Shown here in pieces: positions 23,541 to 37,075 of a stretch of 64,000 bases of DNA. The position numbers were made by a program, and so were the translations under genes. The stretch lies in NCBI GenBank assembly GCA_965204575.1, contig OZ241993.1, positions 1,024,001 to 1,088,000 on the forward strand, read 5' to 3'. Under the pieces are notes generated by a model that searched no databases, was not told the origin of the DNA, and was given only the letters and a program-made list of their open reading frames with translations. This DNA is from an uncultured candidatus Porisulfidus sp. GTDB taxonomy: Bacteria > Pseudomonadota > Gammaproteobacteria > Poriferisulfidales > Poriferisulfidaceae. Each line of letters opens with the position of its first letter. Position 1 is the stretch's first letter.

Positions 23541-24023
23541 TCAGGCTTTCGACAGGTCGGCGACTGCCGCCAGCACTTCCGCCGCGTGTTCGGGCACCCG
23601 GACCTTGCGCCAGACGCGGCGCACGACGCCCTCCGGGTCGATCAGGAAGGTGCTGCGCTCGATGCCGCGGACTTTCCGCCCGTACATGTTCTTCATCTTG
23701 ATGACGTCGTAGCGCTTGCAGGCGACCTCGTCCGGGTCGGAGAGGAGCTGGAACGGGAACTTGTGCTTGGACTTGAAGTTCTCATGCATCTTGAGCGTGT
23801 CGCGGGAGATGCCGAAGACGACGGTCCGGCGCCGGCGGAAGCGCGGGTACAGGTCGCGGAAATCCTGGCCCTCGGCGGTGCAGCCGGGCGTGTTGTCCTT
23901 GGGATAGAAGTACACCACCACGGGGCGGCCACGGAGTTCGGACAGACGCACGGGCTTGCCGCCCGTCGCCACCAGTTCGAAGTCTGGAGCCTTGTTGCCT
24001 TCCGCAACCGGTTTCCGCGCCAT
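23541..24023 (-). CDS. bcp: BCP-type peroxiredoxin
   Basis: YFYPKDNTPGCT, GIERSTFLID. Confidence 0.95.
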   Translation of the reverse strand: MARKPVAEGNKAPDFELVATGGKPVRLSELRGRPVVVYFYPKDNTPGCTAEGQDFRDLYPRFRRRRTVVFGISRDTLKMHENFKSKHKFPFQLLSDPDEVACKRYDVIKMKNMYGRKVRGIERSTFLIDPEGVVRRVWRKVRVPEHAAEVLAAVADLSKA

Positions 24024-24139
24024 TTTCTACGAATGACTTCAGAATTAAGGAGATTTCAGCATAGCATATTCGGGAGTGCGCCCCGAAGGGGGGTGAGGCA
24101 GCGATTTCGAGGGCTGCCGCCTCCAAGTCACCCTGTCGC

Positions 24140-24472
24140 CTACTCCAGGATCGCGGCAAGACGGGCGAGCACGTCGTTCATGATGGATTCAGGAACGGTG
24201 TCGACACATCTTCCTTTCCGGGCACCGAGGTCAAGTGCGCGAGGCTGGTCGCAGCGGATTACCCCGGTTGTCCGGGTATCCGCGCCCTCCAGGGAAACCG
24301 CGAAGCCGCGCCTGCGCGCAAATCCTCCACCCGTGGCGATGGGCAGAACGACGGGGATCCCGGTGAGATGGTTGAAAGGGGCGGGAGAGACGATCAGGAC
24401 GGGTCGGGTTCCCTGCTGTTCATGGCCCGCGGTGGGATCAAGGCTGACGAGCCAGATGTCGCCTCGCTCCAC
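24140..24472 (-). CDS. PemK/MazF-family endoribonuclease toxin
   Basis: RGDIWLVSLDPTAGHEQQGTRPVLIVSP, CDQPRALD. Confidence 0.93.
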   Translation of the reverse strand: MERGDIWLVSLDPTAGHEQQGTRPVLIVSPAPFNHLTGIPVVLPIATGGGFARRRGFAVSLEGADTRTTGVIRCDQPRALDLGARKGRCVDTVPESIMNDVLARLAAILE

Positions 24473-24729
24473 TACAGCAACTCGCGGCCGACCGGCTTCG
24501 CCTCAACCCAGGCGCGGTCTTTGGCAGAAGTGGGAGCGGTCTCGTCGCATTGCCCCAGGAGGTCATCAAGCGAATAACGGGGGCGTGCCTCGGGCTCAAT
24601 CACCAGACGGCCATCCTGGACGTCGATCTCCACCTTGGCTCCGGCTCCAAGTTTCAGGAGGTCGAGAATGGCGGGAGGGACTGCGAGCATGATGGAACCG
24701 CCGACCTTCCGCAGGTTTGTCGAGTGCAT
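24472..24729 (-). CDS. PemI/ChpS/MazE (AbrB-fold) antitoxin
   Basis: MHSTNLRKVGGSIMLAVPP, YSLDDLLGQCD, PVGRELL; GGAGG RBS. Confidence 0.92.
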   Translation of the reverse strand: MHSTNLRKVGGSIMLAVPPAILDLLKLGAGAKVEIDVQDGRLVIEPEARPRYSLDDLLGQCDETAPTSAKDRAWVEAKPVGRELL

Positions 24730-24743
24730 GAATGCCTCCATTA

Positions 24744-24761
24744 GTTATATATAAATATAAC
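24744..24761. promoter_or_regulatory. operator palindrome of the pemIK-like TA operon
   Basis: gttatatataaatataac inverted repeat just upstream of the antitoxin. Confidence 0.65.
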
Positions 24762-24878
24762 AAATGCAGGATCGAAACACCAGCCGCAGACCTTGTGTCT
24801 AGAAAGCATATCGGCGGGTTCGACGGGATTATTGGCGGGGTTAAGTTAAACTGTAAAGGCGTATCCACCGGCTCTCGC

Positions 24879-25763
24879 ATGACGACTTTTCAAGGCAGCA
24901 TGGTTGCCATGGCAACCCCCATGAGTGCATCAGGGGAGGTGGACTATGCGGCACTGTCCGCGCTGGTGGACTTCCATCTGGAGCAGGGCAGCGATGCGCT
25001 GGTTCCGGTCGGCACGACGGGAGAATCGGCGACCTTGAGCGTGGAAGAGCACCACGAGGTGATCCGCCGCGTGGTGAAGCAGGTGAATGGGCGGATTCCG
25101 GTCATCGCGGGCACCGGCGCCAACGCCACCACCGAGGCCATCGAACTGACCCGCTACGCCCACGAGGCTGGAGCCGATGCCTGCCTGCTGGTGACCCCGT
25201 ACTACAACAAGCCGACCCAAGAGGGTCTGTACCGGCATTACCGGGCCATTGCCGGGGCCGTGCCGATTCCGCAGATCCTGTATAACGTCCCGGGCCGGAC
25301 GGCCTGCGACATGCTGCCGGAGACGGTGGCACGACTGTCCGAGCTGGGGTCGATCATCGGCATCAAGGAGGCGACCGGCGACCTGGAGCGAATCCGGCGT
25401 TTGCGCGAGTTGTGCGACGATGCGTTCATAATCATTAGCGGAGACGACGAGACATCCATGGAAACGCTGTTCAACGGAGGCCGGGGAGTGATCACGGTGA
25501 CAGGGAATGTGGCGCCCAGACTGATGCACGAGATGTGCCAGGCGGCGCTGGACGGAGACGAAGAAACGGCGCGGGCCTGCAACGGCAAGCTGGAGCGCCT
25601 CCATCGGGACCTGTTCGTCGAATCCAACCCGATCCCGGTCAAGTGGTGCCTGAACCGGATGGGGTTGATTCCGGAGGGCATCCGGTTGCCGCTGACCCCG
25701 CTTTCGGAAGCGCACCACGAGACCCTGTGTGCCGCCATGCGTGCGGCGGAGGTGCTGGAATGA
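24879..25763 (+). CDS. dapA: 4-hydroxy-tetrahydrodipicolinate synthase
   Basis: GTTGES, PYYNKP, LYNVPGRT, GIKEATG, SNPIPVK. Confidence 0.97.
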   Translation: MTTFQGSMVAMATPMSASGEVDYAALSALVDFHLEQGSDALVPVGTTGESATLSVEEHHEVIRRVVKQVNGRIPVIAGTGANATTEAIELTRYAHEAGADACLLVTPYYNKPTQEGLYRHYRAIAGAVPIPQILYNVPGRTACDMLPETVARLSELGSIIGIKEATGDLERIRRLRELCDDAFIIISGDDETSMETLFNGGRGVITVTGNVAPRLMHEMCQAALDGDEETARACNGKLERLHRDLFVESNPIPVKWCLNRMGLIPEGIRLPLTPLSEAHHETLCAAMRAAEVLE

Positions 25764-26851
25764 AGCGCTGGCTGTGGGCGGGTTGCCTGGCGGGCATGCT
25801 CGCGGGTTGCGGGGACGAGCCTTTGACCGTCGAGGAACTGGTCGGCGAGGCGGCGGACGTGTTCGAATCCGACTGGTTCGGGGGCGAGGAAGAGTATGGC
25901 GCCAGCCAGTCGACGGAAGCGCTCAGGGTGCCGCCGCAGTTGTCCCTGCCGGATACCAGCAAGCAGTTGATCATCCCGGAGTTCGGCGGGGTCAGCGCCA
26001 AGAAGACCGACCGGGGCCAGGCCGCGGTGTTGCCGAGCTTCCTGGAAATGAAGGTGCGCCGGGAGGGCAATGTGCGCTGGCTGGAAGTGGGTTCGGACCC
26101 GGTCACCTTGTGGCCGCACCTGCGCGCGTTCTGGGAAGACCAGGGGTTCGAGCTGGCCCAGGAGGCGCCGCTGGTCGGTTTGCTGGAGACGCGGTGGCGC
26201 GAGAAGGCGGATGACGTCCGGGCCTTGGAAGCGGAGGGCGGCAGCCCTTATTACGCGGCATCCCGCGAGAAGTTTCGGCTGCGGATGGAGCGCGAGCCGA
26301 ATGCCTACGCCAACGTGTTCATCACGCGTCAGAAGTTGGAAGTGGCGGGCGTGGGTGACAACAATTCGGTGGTCTGGAAGCCCGGGCGGCCGGATCCGGA
26401 ACGGGAAGCCGAGATGCTGATTCGCCTGATGGAATACCTGGGCGCGTCGCGGATGGAGGGCGTCGCCACCTTGGAGGAAGAGGAGGTGGAGGAGACCGTC
26501 GGTCTTGATCTGCAGTATGTCGGCGGCATTCCGGTGCTGATGGTGGAGGACGAATACAGCAGCGTATGGCGCCAGGTCGGCGTGGCTCTGGAACGCTCGG
26601 GGCTGTACGTGGTCGACTCTGATCGCGGCCAAGGCACCTACGTGTTCCGCTACCGGAGCGGGGATTCCGCCGACGGAAAAGACGTCCTGCTGGAAGTGCA
26701 CCTCTTGGCGCGCGAGGAAAACCTGACGCTGCTGACGGTGCACCGGCACAAATCGAAGCAACCCGTCCGCAAGGAACTGACCCGCAGCGTGTTGCGCTCG
26801 ATCCTGGCCGCATACGCGCTGGTGCCCCGCGCCACGGCCGACGCGAAATAA
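25760..26851 (+). CDS. bamC: outer-membrane assembly lipoprotein BamC
   Basis: Lipobox LAGC, LRVPPQL, conserved position after dapA. Confidence 0.8.
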   Translation: MKRWLWAGCLAGMLAGCGDEPLTVEELVGEAADVFESDWFGGEEEYGASQSTEALRVPPQLSLPDTSKQLIIPEFGGVSAKKTDRGQAAVLPSFLEMKVRREGNVRWLEVGSDPVTLWPHLRAFWEDQGFELAQEAPLVGLLETRWREKADDVRALEAEGGSPYYAASREKFRLRMEREPNAYANVFITRQKLEVAGVGDNNSVVWKPGRPDPEREAEMLIRLMEYLGASRMEGVATLEEEEVEETVGLDLQYVGGIPVLMVEDEYSSVWRQVGVALERSGLYVVDSDRGQGTYVFRYRSGDSADGKDVLLEVHLLAREENLTLLTVHRHKSKQPVRKELTRSVLRSILAAYALVPRATADAK

Positions 26852-26893
26852 TCCAGTTTTAGGATCGCGGTCCGGCCGGAAGCCGGGCCGCGG

Positions 26894-27790
26894 TCAGTCG
26901 TCCTTGTCTTGCGGAGTGATGCCGGACTGCATCCGGGACATGGCGAGGTAGGTGATGTTGTCGCGCCGCGAGATGACGTCCCGGGACTTGTCCTTTTCGA
27001 TGCAGGCGTAAGCCGAGTGGTTGTGGATGGACTCGAAGTTCTCCGATTCCACCTTGTAGGCCCGGACCCGGTCGTCCTCGTTGAGCCGCAGGGCGAGGTC
27101 GCGGACCATGTCTTCCACGAATTTGGGGTTGTCGTAGGCACGCTCGGTGACGTACTTCTCGTCCGGGCGCTTGAGCAGCCCGTACAGTTCGCAGGATGCC
27201 TCGCTCTCGGCCATCTCGATCAGGTCTTCGATCCAGACCGGCTTCGTCAGGGTCACGCTGAGCGTGATGCGGGAGCGTTGGTTGTGCGCGCCGTAGTCCG
27301 AGATGCTCTTGGAGCAGGGGCACAGGCTGGTGACCGGGATCGCGATGGAGGCGGTCAGGCGCGTGTCGCCGCGGTTGAAGCGCCCGCTCAGGCGGATCTG
27401 GTAGTCCAGGTAACTGCGCACGCCGGACACCGGGGCGGCCTTGTTTATGAAGAACGGGAAGGCCATTTCGATGAAGCCTTCCTCCGCGTCGAGCCGGATC
27501 GCCATGTCGCGCAGCAGCCCGTTGAAGTTTTCCAGCGAGACCGCTTTCTTGTGATCCTGCAGGACATGTACGAAGCGGGACATGTGCGTGCCCTTGACCT
27601 CCGGCGGCAGGTTGACCGTCATGGTCAGCCGTGCGACCGTGGATTGGGGCTTGCCGCTGCGGTCGACGAACTCGATCGGGTGCAGAATGTCCTTGATGCC
27701 GACCTGGTTGATCGGGATCGCCCGCGTGTCCGCCGAGCTTTGCTCGTCGTGTAGATGATCGCCGTGCTGGAGAGGATCGGAGTAAGCCAT
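26894..27790 (-). CDS. folE2: GTP cyclohydrolase IB
   Basis: [32 protein letters not shown]. Confidence 0.95.
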   Translation of the reverse strand: MAYSDPLQHGDHLHDEQSSADTRAIPINQVGIKDILHPIEFVDRSGKPQSTVARLTMTVNLPPEVKGTHMSRFVHVLQDHKKAVSLENFNGLLRDMAIRLDAEEGFIEMAFPFFINKAAPVSGVRSYLDYQIRLSGRFNRGDTRLTASIAIPVTSLCPCSKSISDYGAHNQRSRITLSVTLTKPVWIEDLIEMAESEASCELYGLLKRPDEKYVTERAYDNPKFVEDMVRDLALRLNEDDRVRAYKVESENFESIHNHSAYACIEKDKSRDVISRRDNITYLAMSRMQSGITPQDKDD

Positions 27791-27941
27791 CCGAATCTAC
27801 GCTTCCTGTTTATCCGGTTAGCCCATATTACTCTGGAATAGGCGGTGGGGCAAATGACGGGATTCCCGACCCCCAAAGCCCTGCGGGCGGGATTCGGTGG
27901 GCGATAATAGGGGTTAACTTGGAATCTGATTCGTCGGTCTC

Positions 27942-30607
<2,666 letters not shown>

Positions 30608-30611
<4 letters not shown>

Positions 30612-31879
30612 GCCAGGAAGTCCGGGTCCCCGACATGGGGGATGTCGAGGAAGCGGAGGTGATCGAGGTCTTCGTACAGGCCGGGCAGTCGATTTCCGTA
30701 GACGAGCCGCTGATTACCCTGGAATCGGACAAGGCCGCGATGGACCTGCCGTCGCCATTCGACGGTGTGGTGGAGGCCGTACACGTCAAAGTCGGGGATA
30801 TGTTGGCGGTGGATGCACTGGTCGTGACCCTGACCGACCGTCCGGATGACTCCGAACCGGAGCCGGAAGCACCCGAGGCCGAATCCGCACCGTCTTCGAA
30901 GCCGGTTGCCACGAAGCCAGCTGAACCCGTTGCCAGTCCGGCCCCGCCGCCGATTGCCCCGGAGCCTCGCCGCCTTGGCACCTTGCCCCACGCCGGGCCT
31001 GCCGTACGCCGTTTCGCGCGTGAACTCGGCGTGGATCTGGAGCAGGTCTCTGGCAGCGGCCGCAAAGGCCGGGTTACGCACGAGGATGTCCAGCTCTACG
31101 TCAAGGCGATCCTGACGCGGCAACAAGAGCCGACGGCAGCCGTCCGTCCGTCCGGGCCGCCGGTGGACGCCGAACGATTCGGCCCGACCCGGACCGAGCC
31201 GCTGACCCGTATCCAACGGCGTTCTGGTGCCAACCTTCAGCGCAATTGGCAACTGGCCCCCCACGTGGCCCAGCACCACAAGGCGGACATCACGGAACTG
31301 GATAAACGGCGGAAGGAATTGCGCGGGCAGAAAGGGTTCGAGTCCCTGACGCTGACCGCCTGCGTGCTTCAGGCTTGCGCCCAGGTGCTGAAGCAGTTTC
31401 CCCGCGTCAATGCCTCGCTGAGCGAAGACGGGCGAGACCTGATCGTCCGCGAGTACGTTCACATCGGGTTCGCGGCGAACACCGACGAGGGTTTGGTTGT
31501 CCCGGTGATTCGCGATGCCGACCAGAAATCGATTTCCGTCCTCTCTGGAGAGGTTGCGGCCTTGGCCGAACGCGCCCGGGACCAGCAGCTGACCGCCGAG
31601 GACATGCAGGGCGGCGGCTTCACCTTGTCCAACCTCGGCGGCATCGGGGGTGGGCATTTCACCCCTGTCATCAACCTGCCCCAGGTGGCGGTGCTGGGCA
31701 TCTCGCGCGCGGTGCGCGAGCCCGCCTGTATTGAAGACAAGGTCGGGTCCCGGCTGATGATGCCGCTGTCGCTGTCCTACGACCACCGCGTCATCGACGG
31801 CGTAGAAGGAGCCCGGTTCGTGATGGCTCTGGCCGCATTGCTGGAGAATCCCGACGAGTTGGACTGGGGAGAGGGGTAA
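30608..31879 (+). CDS. aceF: dihydrolipoamide acetyltransferase E2 (one lipoyl domain)
   Basis: LESDKA, GSGRKGR, DHRVIDG. Confidence 0.95.
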
Positions 31880-31882
31880 TCC

Positions 31883-33292
31883 GTGAAGACGATTGACCTA
31901 GTGGTGATTGGCGGTGGCCCCGGTGGCTACAGCGCCGCGTTCCGCGCGGCGGACCTGGGCATGAAGGTGATGCTGGTGGAACGTTTCCCGCGGCTCGGTG
32001 GCGTATGCCTGAACGTCGGTTGCATCCCGTCCAAGACTTTGCTGCACGCGGCCGGCCTGATCGAGGATGCGGCCGAATGGCGGGACCGGGGGGTGGTGTT
32101 CGACCCGCCGCGGATCGACCTGGATGCGTTGCGTGCCTGGAAGGAGAAGGGCGTATCGCAACTGGCCGACGGCCTCGGTGCGCTTGCCAAGCGGCGCGAG
32201 GTCGAGGTGGTGACTGGCCGAGGGAAGTTCATTTCCGCGCATACGTTGGCGGTCGAGACTGACGAAGGAACCGAAGAAGCCCGCTTTTCGCAAGCGATCA
32301 TCGCCACGGGATCACGGCCGATCAAGCTTGGGTTGTTTCCAGATGATCCCCGGGTCTTGGACTCCACGTCCGCATTGGACTTGACGGAGATCCCGGAGCG
32401 GCTGCTGGTGGTGGGGGGCGGTGTCCTGGGTCTGGAACTTGCCACGGTGTTCCGCGCCCTGGGGTCGCAGGTGACCGTGGTGGAAGCGCTGGAACAGATA
32501 ATGGGCGAGGCCGACAAGGACGTGGTGCGGGCGTATCTCAAGCGCAACAAGGAACGGTTTGCTGCGCTGCATACGGGGACCCAGGTGGAGAAAGCCGAAG
32601 CAAAGGATGATGGTATTTCGGTACAACTCAAGAATGCGGACCGCCAGTGGGAAGAGTCGTTCAATGCGGTGCTGGTCGCGGTGGGACGAGCGGCGAACAG
32701 CGAAGACTTGGGTCTGGAGAGCGCCGGGGTCGCGGTTGGGGAATCCGGCACGATTCCGGTCAACCACCAGCAGCGGACCAACATCCCCCACATCTTCGCC
32801 ATCGGCGACGTGACGGGCGCGCCGATGCTGGCGCATCGGGCCTCCTACCAGGGCCGGTTGGCGGCGGAAGTCGCGGCCGGCATGAAATCCGCCTACGAGG
32901 CGAGGGTGGTTCCCTCGGTGGCCTACACCGACCCGGAAGTCGCCTGGGTGGGACTGACCGAACGCGAGGCCAAGGCTCAGGGCATTGCTTATGAGCGCGG
33001 CATCTTCCCGTGGGCGGCAAGCGGACGGGCAGTCGGAACTTCGCGCGTCGAGGGCATGACCAAGCTGCTATTCGATTCGGAGACGAAACGCCTCATCGGG
33101 GCGGCCGTGGTGGGCGTGCATGCCGGGGAGTTGATCGCGGAGGCGGCCCTGGCGATCGAGACCGGTTGCGAAGCGGGAGACATTGCCGGGACGATCCATC
33201 CGCATCCGACATTCTCGGAGACTCTGGCCCAGGCCAGCGAGGTGGCCGAAGGGACGGTAACGGAGTTATTTCTGGGGCGTGGCAGGAATTGA
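31883..33292 (+). CDS. lpdA: dihydrolipoamide dehydrogenase E3
   Basis: GGGPGG, GGVCLNVGCIPSK, HPHPTFSE. Confidence 0.97.
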   Translation: MKTIDLVVIGGGPGGYSAAFRAADLGMKVMLVERFPRLGGVCLNVGCIPSKTLLHAAGLIEDAAEWRDRGVVFDPPRIDLDALRAWKEKGVSQLADGLGALAKRREVEVVTGRGKFISAHTLAVETDEGTEEARFSQAIIATGSRPIKLGLFPDDPRVLDSTSALDLTEIPERLLVVGGGVLGLELATVFRALGSQVTVVEALEQIMGEADKDVVRAYLKRNKERFAALHTGTQVEKAEAKDDGISVQLKNADRQWEESFNAVLVAVGRAANSEDLGLESAGVAVGESGTIPVNHQQRTNIPHIFAIGDVTGAPMLAHRASYQGRLAAEVAAGMKSAYEARVVPSVAYTDPEVAWVGLTEREAKAQGIAYERGIFPWAASGRAVGTSRVEGMTKLLFDSETKRLIGAAVVGVHAGELIAEAALAIETGCEAGDIAGTIHPHPTFSETLAQASEVAEGTVTELFLGRGRN

Positions 33293-33303
33293 GTCCATCA
33301 TAA

Positions 33304-33328
33304 GTTGAGGCAAGGGAGGTGCCTCAAC
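33304..33328. terminator. hairpin after lpdA
   Basis: gttgaggca-agggagg-tgcctcaac. Confidence 0.5.
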
Positions 33329-33402
33329 AGCCAAAATTTTAAGCTTGATTGTGTTCTCGGATTCTTGTGTAAAGGACGCTAGATGTAACGCGCAAGTCGT
33401 TT

Positions 33403-36306
33403 ATGAATAATCCAAAAGTTGAATCTTGCCCTACATATAAGCGAACCGGGTTTGCTTCATTCCTGTTTGCGGTCATTTGCCCAAAAGATGCCAAAGCCGC
33501 TCTTTTGAGCCCGAACGTCTTGAGGTTGGCGTTCACGGTACGACTCAAGGAAATCCCCATCGGGAAAATCGAAGCGAGTGAAGTAAAAACCTTGTGGCGA
33601 TGGGGAAGCGTTCGGATTCGACATGCTTCCGGGAAAGCGGCTGTTTCGGGATTGTCGCGACACAATGCCGAGGAACTAGCAAAAACACTAGAAGCTTCCA
33701 GAGTCGATTGGTGGCATAAGCTTTTCGCGACGCAGATCGAATCTCTGCGCTCCGTTCACGACCATTTGGCGCACTTCAGCAACCCGCCAAGGTATATCTC
33801 TCATGGTGCCGGCTGTAACCTTGAGCGCGATGCGGAGGCAGTGGCTGGCCGATTTGCTTCCCGGTGGCCGGATGCGTTGTCCAGCAGCCCGGAAATTAAG
33901 ATGCTGAAAATGGTCCGGGAGTATTTGAAGGATCCTGATGGTTGCCGCATAAAGGCAAACAAAATCTATATTGCAAATCAACTGAATGGTTCGCGCGAAT
34001 TTTTCGATCAAGTGGAGGCGCGGCCGCTAACCGATGAACAACGTAGAGCGGTTGTCATCGACGAAAACCGCAATCTGGTTGTCGCTGCGGCAGGAAGTGG
34101 AAAGACCTCGGTGATTGTGGGCAAGGCCGGCTGGCTTGTCTGGAGGGACTATCGGCGCCCGTCTGAATTGTTGCTGCTGGCTTTTGCGAGAGATGCGCGG
34201 AAAGAGATGGAAGAGCGGATCCAAAAGCGGCTTGGCGATAAAACAGCGCAAAGTCTTACAGTTCGAACCTTTCATAGTTTGGGTATGTCGATTATTGGTC
34301 AAGCAGAAGGCCAACTCCCAACGTTGGCCAAAGTGGCTGAAGACAGCAGGGCGTTGTCCGATCTGCTGAAATCCATCATTGATAACTTGCTCACGGAACA
34401 CGCATTCACAAAAATTTTGCTGAAATGGTTCCAAACTTACTTCGCACCCTACAAAAGCGAACATGAATGCCAAAGTATGGGCGAGTATTGGGACTATGTC
34501 CGCAAGCATGACATCCGGTCACTGAAAGGTGAGAAGGTCAAGAGTTACCAAGAATGCGAGATTGCGAATTTTCTCTACCTCAATGGTGTTTCCTACGAGT
34601 ACGAAGCAATTTATGAACACAAGACCGCGACACTGGACAGGCGGCAATATCAACCCGATTTTTATCTCCCGGAAGCAGGAGTCTACATTGAGCATTTCGG
34701 GCTCAATGCATCGGGAGATCCTGCTCCGTTCGTCGATAAGACAGAATACCTCCGGTCCATGAAGTGGAAGCGGCAATGTCACGACAGATTCGGCACTATT
34801 CTCGTTGAGACATTCAGCCACGAGCATGATGCGGGGAAATTAACCGAGAACTTGGCTGAGAAATTAGCGGCTCACGGCGTGACCTTTTCTCCAATTCCTT
34901 CTGCAGACATCTTCTCTATTTTGAATGAACAGGGTCGGGTTGATCCGTTCACACATTTTGTGGCGACTTTTCTACAACACTACAAAGGGGCTCGATTGTC
35001 ATTTCAGGAGGTAGCTCGACGGGCTACGGGTGTCAGGGACAGGCTGAGGGCAGAAGCGTTTCTAGCCGTTTTCAAGCCGATTTTCCAGCGCTACCAAGAT
35101 ACCCTTTCCCAGCAAGGACAGATAGATTTTCATGACATGATCAATCAAGCAACGGAGCATGTAGAGACGGGACGCTACCGTAGCCCTTTCGGCTATATCC
35201 TCGTCGATGAGTTTCAAGACATCTCCCCTGGGAGAGCTAGATTGCTGAAGGCATTGCTCGATCAGTCTCCGACGACCCAGTTGTTTGCCGTTGGCGATGA
35301 CTGGCAATCAATATACCGGTTCGGTGGATCAGACATTGCCGTTATGCGCGAGTTCGAAGATCATTTCGGGCACAGTGAGCGTATTGATTTGGAAACAACT
35401 TTTCGCTGTGCCGATCGAATCTCTAAAGTTGCGACTGACTTCATTCTTCGCAATCCTGCACAGATACACAAGGAGACCCATTCAGTACTCCAAGCAGCCG
35501 GGACCAGTGTGTATATCGGCCTTCCTGAGAAAGAGCGCTCTCTGCTCAGAGAAACGCTTGATGAGATTGCCGCTGACGCGGCTCGTCATGACGGAGGATC
35601 GACTGTTCTGTTGTTGGGTCGCTACCGGCATATGCAGCCGGAAAATATGTCTGAGTTAGGCGGACAATACTCTGGGTTGCAACTCTCCTACATGACCGTG
35701 CATCGTTCAAAAGGACTGGAGGCCGACTATGTCGTGGTGCTCGGTCTGTGTTCCGGAAAATACGGGTTTCCGTCCGAGATCAGTGATGACCCACTTCTCG
35801 ACTTAGTTCTTGCTGAGCCGGAAAAGCACCCGAATGCTGAGGAGCGCCGCTTATTCTATGTCGCTGTCACACGTGCCAGACGACGTGTCTATCTGCTCGC
35901 AGATGATGGTCCGCCTTCTTCCTTTGTCCAAGAGTTGATTGATGGGGAATACGATGTTGCCGTTTTCGGACGAGCACCAGAAAATGACGTTTCTTGCCCG
36001 AGGTGCACCGAGGGGCGCTTGGAACGACGCGAAAATGCTCGGAATGGAAAAATTTTTTACGGCTGCTCGAATTGGCCTTATTGCAAGTATCGACAGCCCG
36101 TTTGTCCCAAGTGCAAAACAGGGTTGTTGGTCAAAAAAGACACTGCTTTTCGCTGCGAGGACTGTGGCCAAGATGTAGAGGGCTGTCCCAGATGTGATGG
36201 CTGGCTGATAAAAAGAGTCAGCCAGTATGGCCCTTTCTTTGGCTGTTCGAATTGGCCTTTCTGTGATTACACCCGAAACATTAAGCAACGACAGTCACGG
36301 CACTAG
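33403..36306 (+). CDS. UvrD/HelD-like helicase IV with C-terminal topoisomerase-type Zn ribbons
   Basis: AAAGSGKT, VDEFQD, VGDDWQSIYRF, TVHRSKGLE, EERRLFYVAVTRA; internal PDF..IEHFG nuclease-like insert; FYGCSNWPYC repeats; lower GC. Confidence 0.9.
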   Translation: MNNPKVESCPTYKRTGFASFLFAVICPKDAKAALLSPNVLRLAFTVRLKEIPIGKIEASEVKTLWRWGSVRIRHASGKAAVSGLSRHNAEELAKTLEASRVDWWHKLFATQIESLRSVHDHLAHFSNPPRYISHGAGCNLERDAEAVAGRFASRWPDALSSSPEIKMLKMVREYLKDPDGCRIKANKIYIANQLNGSREFFDQVEARPLTDEQRRAVVIDENRNLVVAAAGSGKTSVIVGKAGWLVWRDYRRPSELLLLAFARDARKEMEERIQKRLGDKTAQSLTVRTFHSLGMSIIGQAEGQLPTLAKVAEDSRALSDLLKSIIDNLLTEHAFTKILLKWFQTYFAPYKSEHECQSMGEYWDYVRKHDIRSLKGEKVKSYQECEIANFLYLNGVSYEYEAIYEHKTATLDRRQYQPDFYLPEAGVYIEHFGLNASGDPAPFVDKTEYLRSMKWKRQCHDRFGTILVETFSHEHDAGKLTENLAEKLAAHGVTFSPIPSADIFSILNEQGRVDPFTHFVATFLQHYKGARLSFQEVARRATGVRDRLRAEAFLAVFKPIFQRYQDTLSQQGQIDFHDMINQATEHVETGRYRSPFGYILVDEFQDISPGRARLLKALLDQSPTTQLFAVGDDWQSIYRFGGSDIAVMREFEDHFGHSERIDLETTFRCADRISKVATDFILRNPAQIHKETHSVLQAAGTSVYIGLPEKERSLLRETLDEIAADAARHDGGSTVLLLGRYRHMQPENMSELGGQYSGLQLSYMTVHRSKGLEADYVVVLGLCSGKYGFPSEISDDPLLDLVLAEPEKHPNAEERRLFYVAVTRARRRVYLLADDGPPSSFVQELIDGEYDVAVFGRAPENDVSCPRCTEGRLERRENARNGKIFYGCSNWPYCKYRQPVCPKCKTGLLVKKDTAFRCEDCGQDVEGCPRCDGWLIKRVSQYGPFFGCSNWPFCDYTRNIKQRQSRH

Positions 36307-36317
36307 GCCGCCGCAGC

Positions 36318-36755
36318 TTAAAGGTTGTTCGATAGCGAAGACCACGGATTGACGAGCGCCACATCCATCCCTCTAAAATCTTTAGTGTTGCGCGTGACGA
36401 GAGTTAATCCGTGTCGCTTTGCTACAGCGGCAATCTGCGCGTCAGCCATTGGCTTTTGGCGGCCTGTGTTGTCTCCATCTCCCATGATTCTTCCCCAGAG
36501 GATTGCGGCATCTTGGTCGAAAGGAAGAATTCGGTCTTGAAATTGAGAGACCAAGTCATCTTCAACCCAGCGCATGAGGAGGTCTCTTTTTGCTGGCTCT
36601 TTCACACGGCTTGCGCCTCGCGCCAACTCACCAAGACTGATTGAGGAGAGGAATAGGTTTTCGGGATTCTGTTCTGCAAACCAAGCTGTCACTTTAGGCT
36701 CAGGCCGAGGCTTGAGCGTTTCGCTGAGCACATTGGTGTCGATCAGGTAGGGCAT
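36318..36755 (-). CDS. vapC: VapC/FitB PIN-domain toxin
   Basis: YLIDTNVLSE, DAQIAAVA, LVTRNTKDF. Confidence 0.93.
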   Translation of the reverse strand: MPYLIDTNVLSETLKPRPEPKVTAWFAEQNPENLFLSSISLGELARGASRVKEPAKRDLLMRWVEDDLVSQFQDRILPFDQDAAILWGRIMGDGDNTGRQKPMADAQIAAVAKRHGLTLVTRNTKDFRGMDVALVNPWSSLSNNL

Positions 36756-37075
36756 TATTCGAGATCAATCTGGCGGCCTGTGGAACGGTCACGCTCAATC
36801 ACGATGTCTTCGCCCACAAATGGGGATGAGCGAAAGAAATCGACCAATTCCACACCAGTTCGTGCCGATCTTACGGGTGTCATAGACGTGATGGCCTTAC
36901 GTACTTTTTTGGCGTTTTTCCCTCCCTCCCGGAGGATGCTGGCAACAGCCTTGATGGCCCATGCGTCGCGCGTAGGTACGGTGACTTCAATGCGTCGCGC
37001 CCCTTGGGCGGTTGCTTTGGCGCGATGTCGGGCGACCCGCACCTTCGATTTTGTACTTGTCGATCGCTTGGGCAT
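36755..37075 (-). CDS. cognate antitoxin
   Basis: Coupled upstream of the PIN toxin; basic N-terminus and RSSP..IERDRS tail. Confidence 0.75.
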   Translation of the reverse strand: MPKRSTSTKSKVRVARHRAKATAQGARRIEVTVPTRDAWAIKAVASILREGGKNAKKVRKAITSMTPVRSARTGVELVDFFRSSPFVGEDIVIERDRSTGRQIDLE

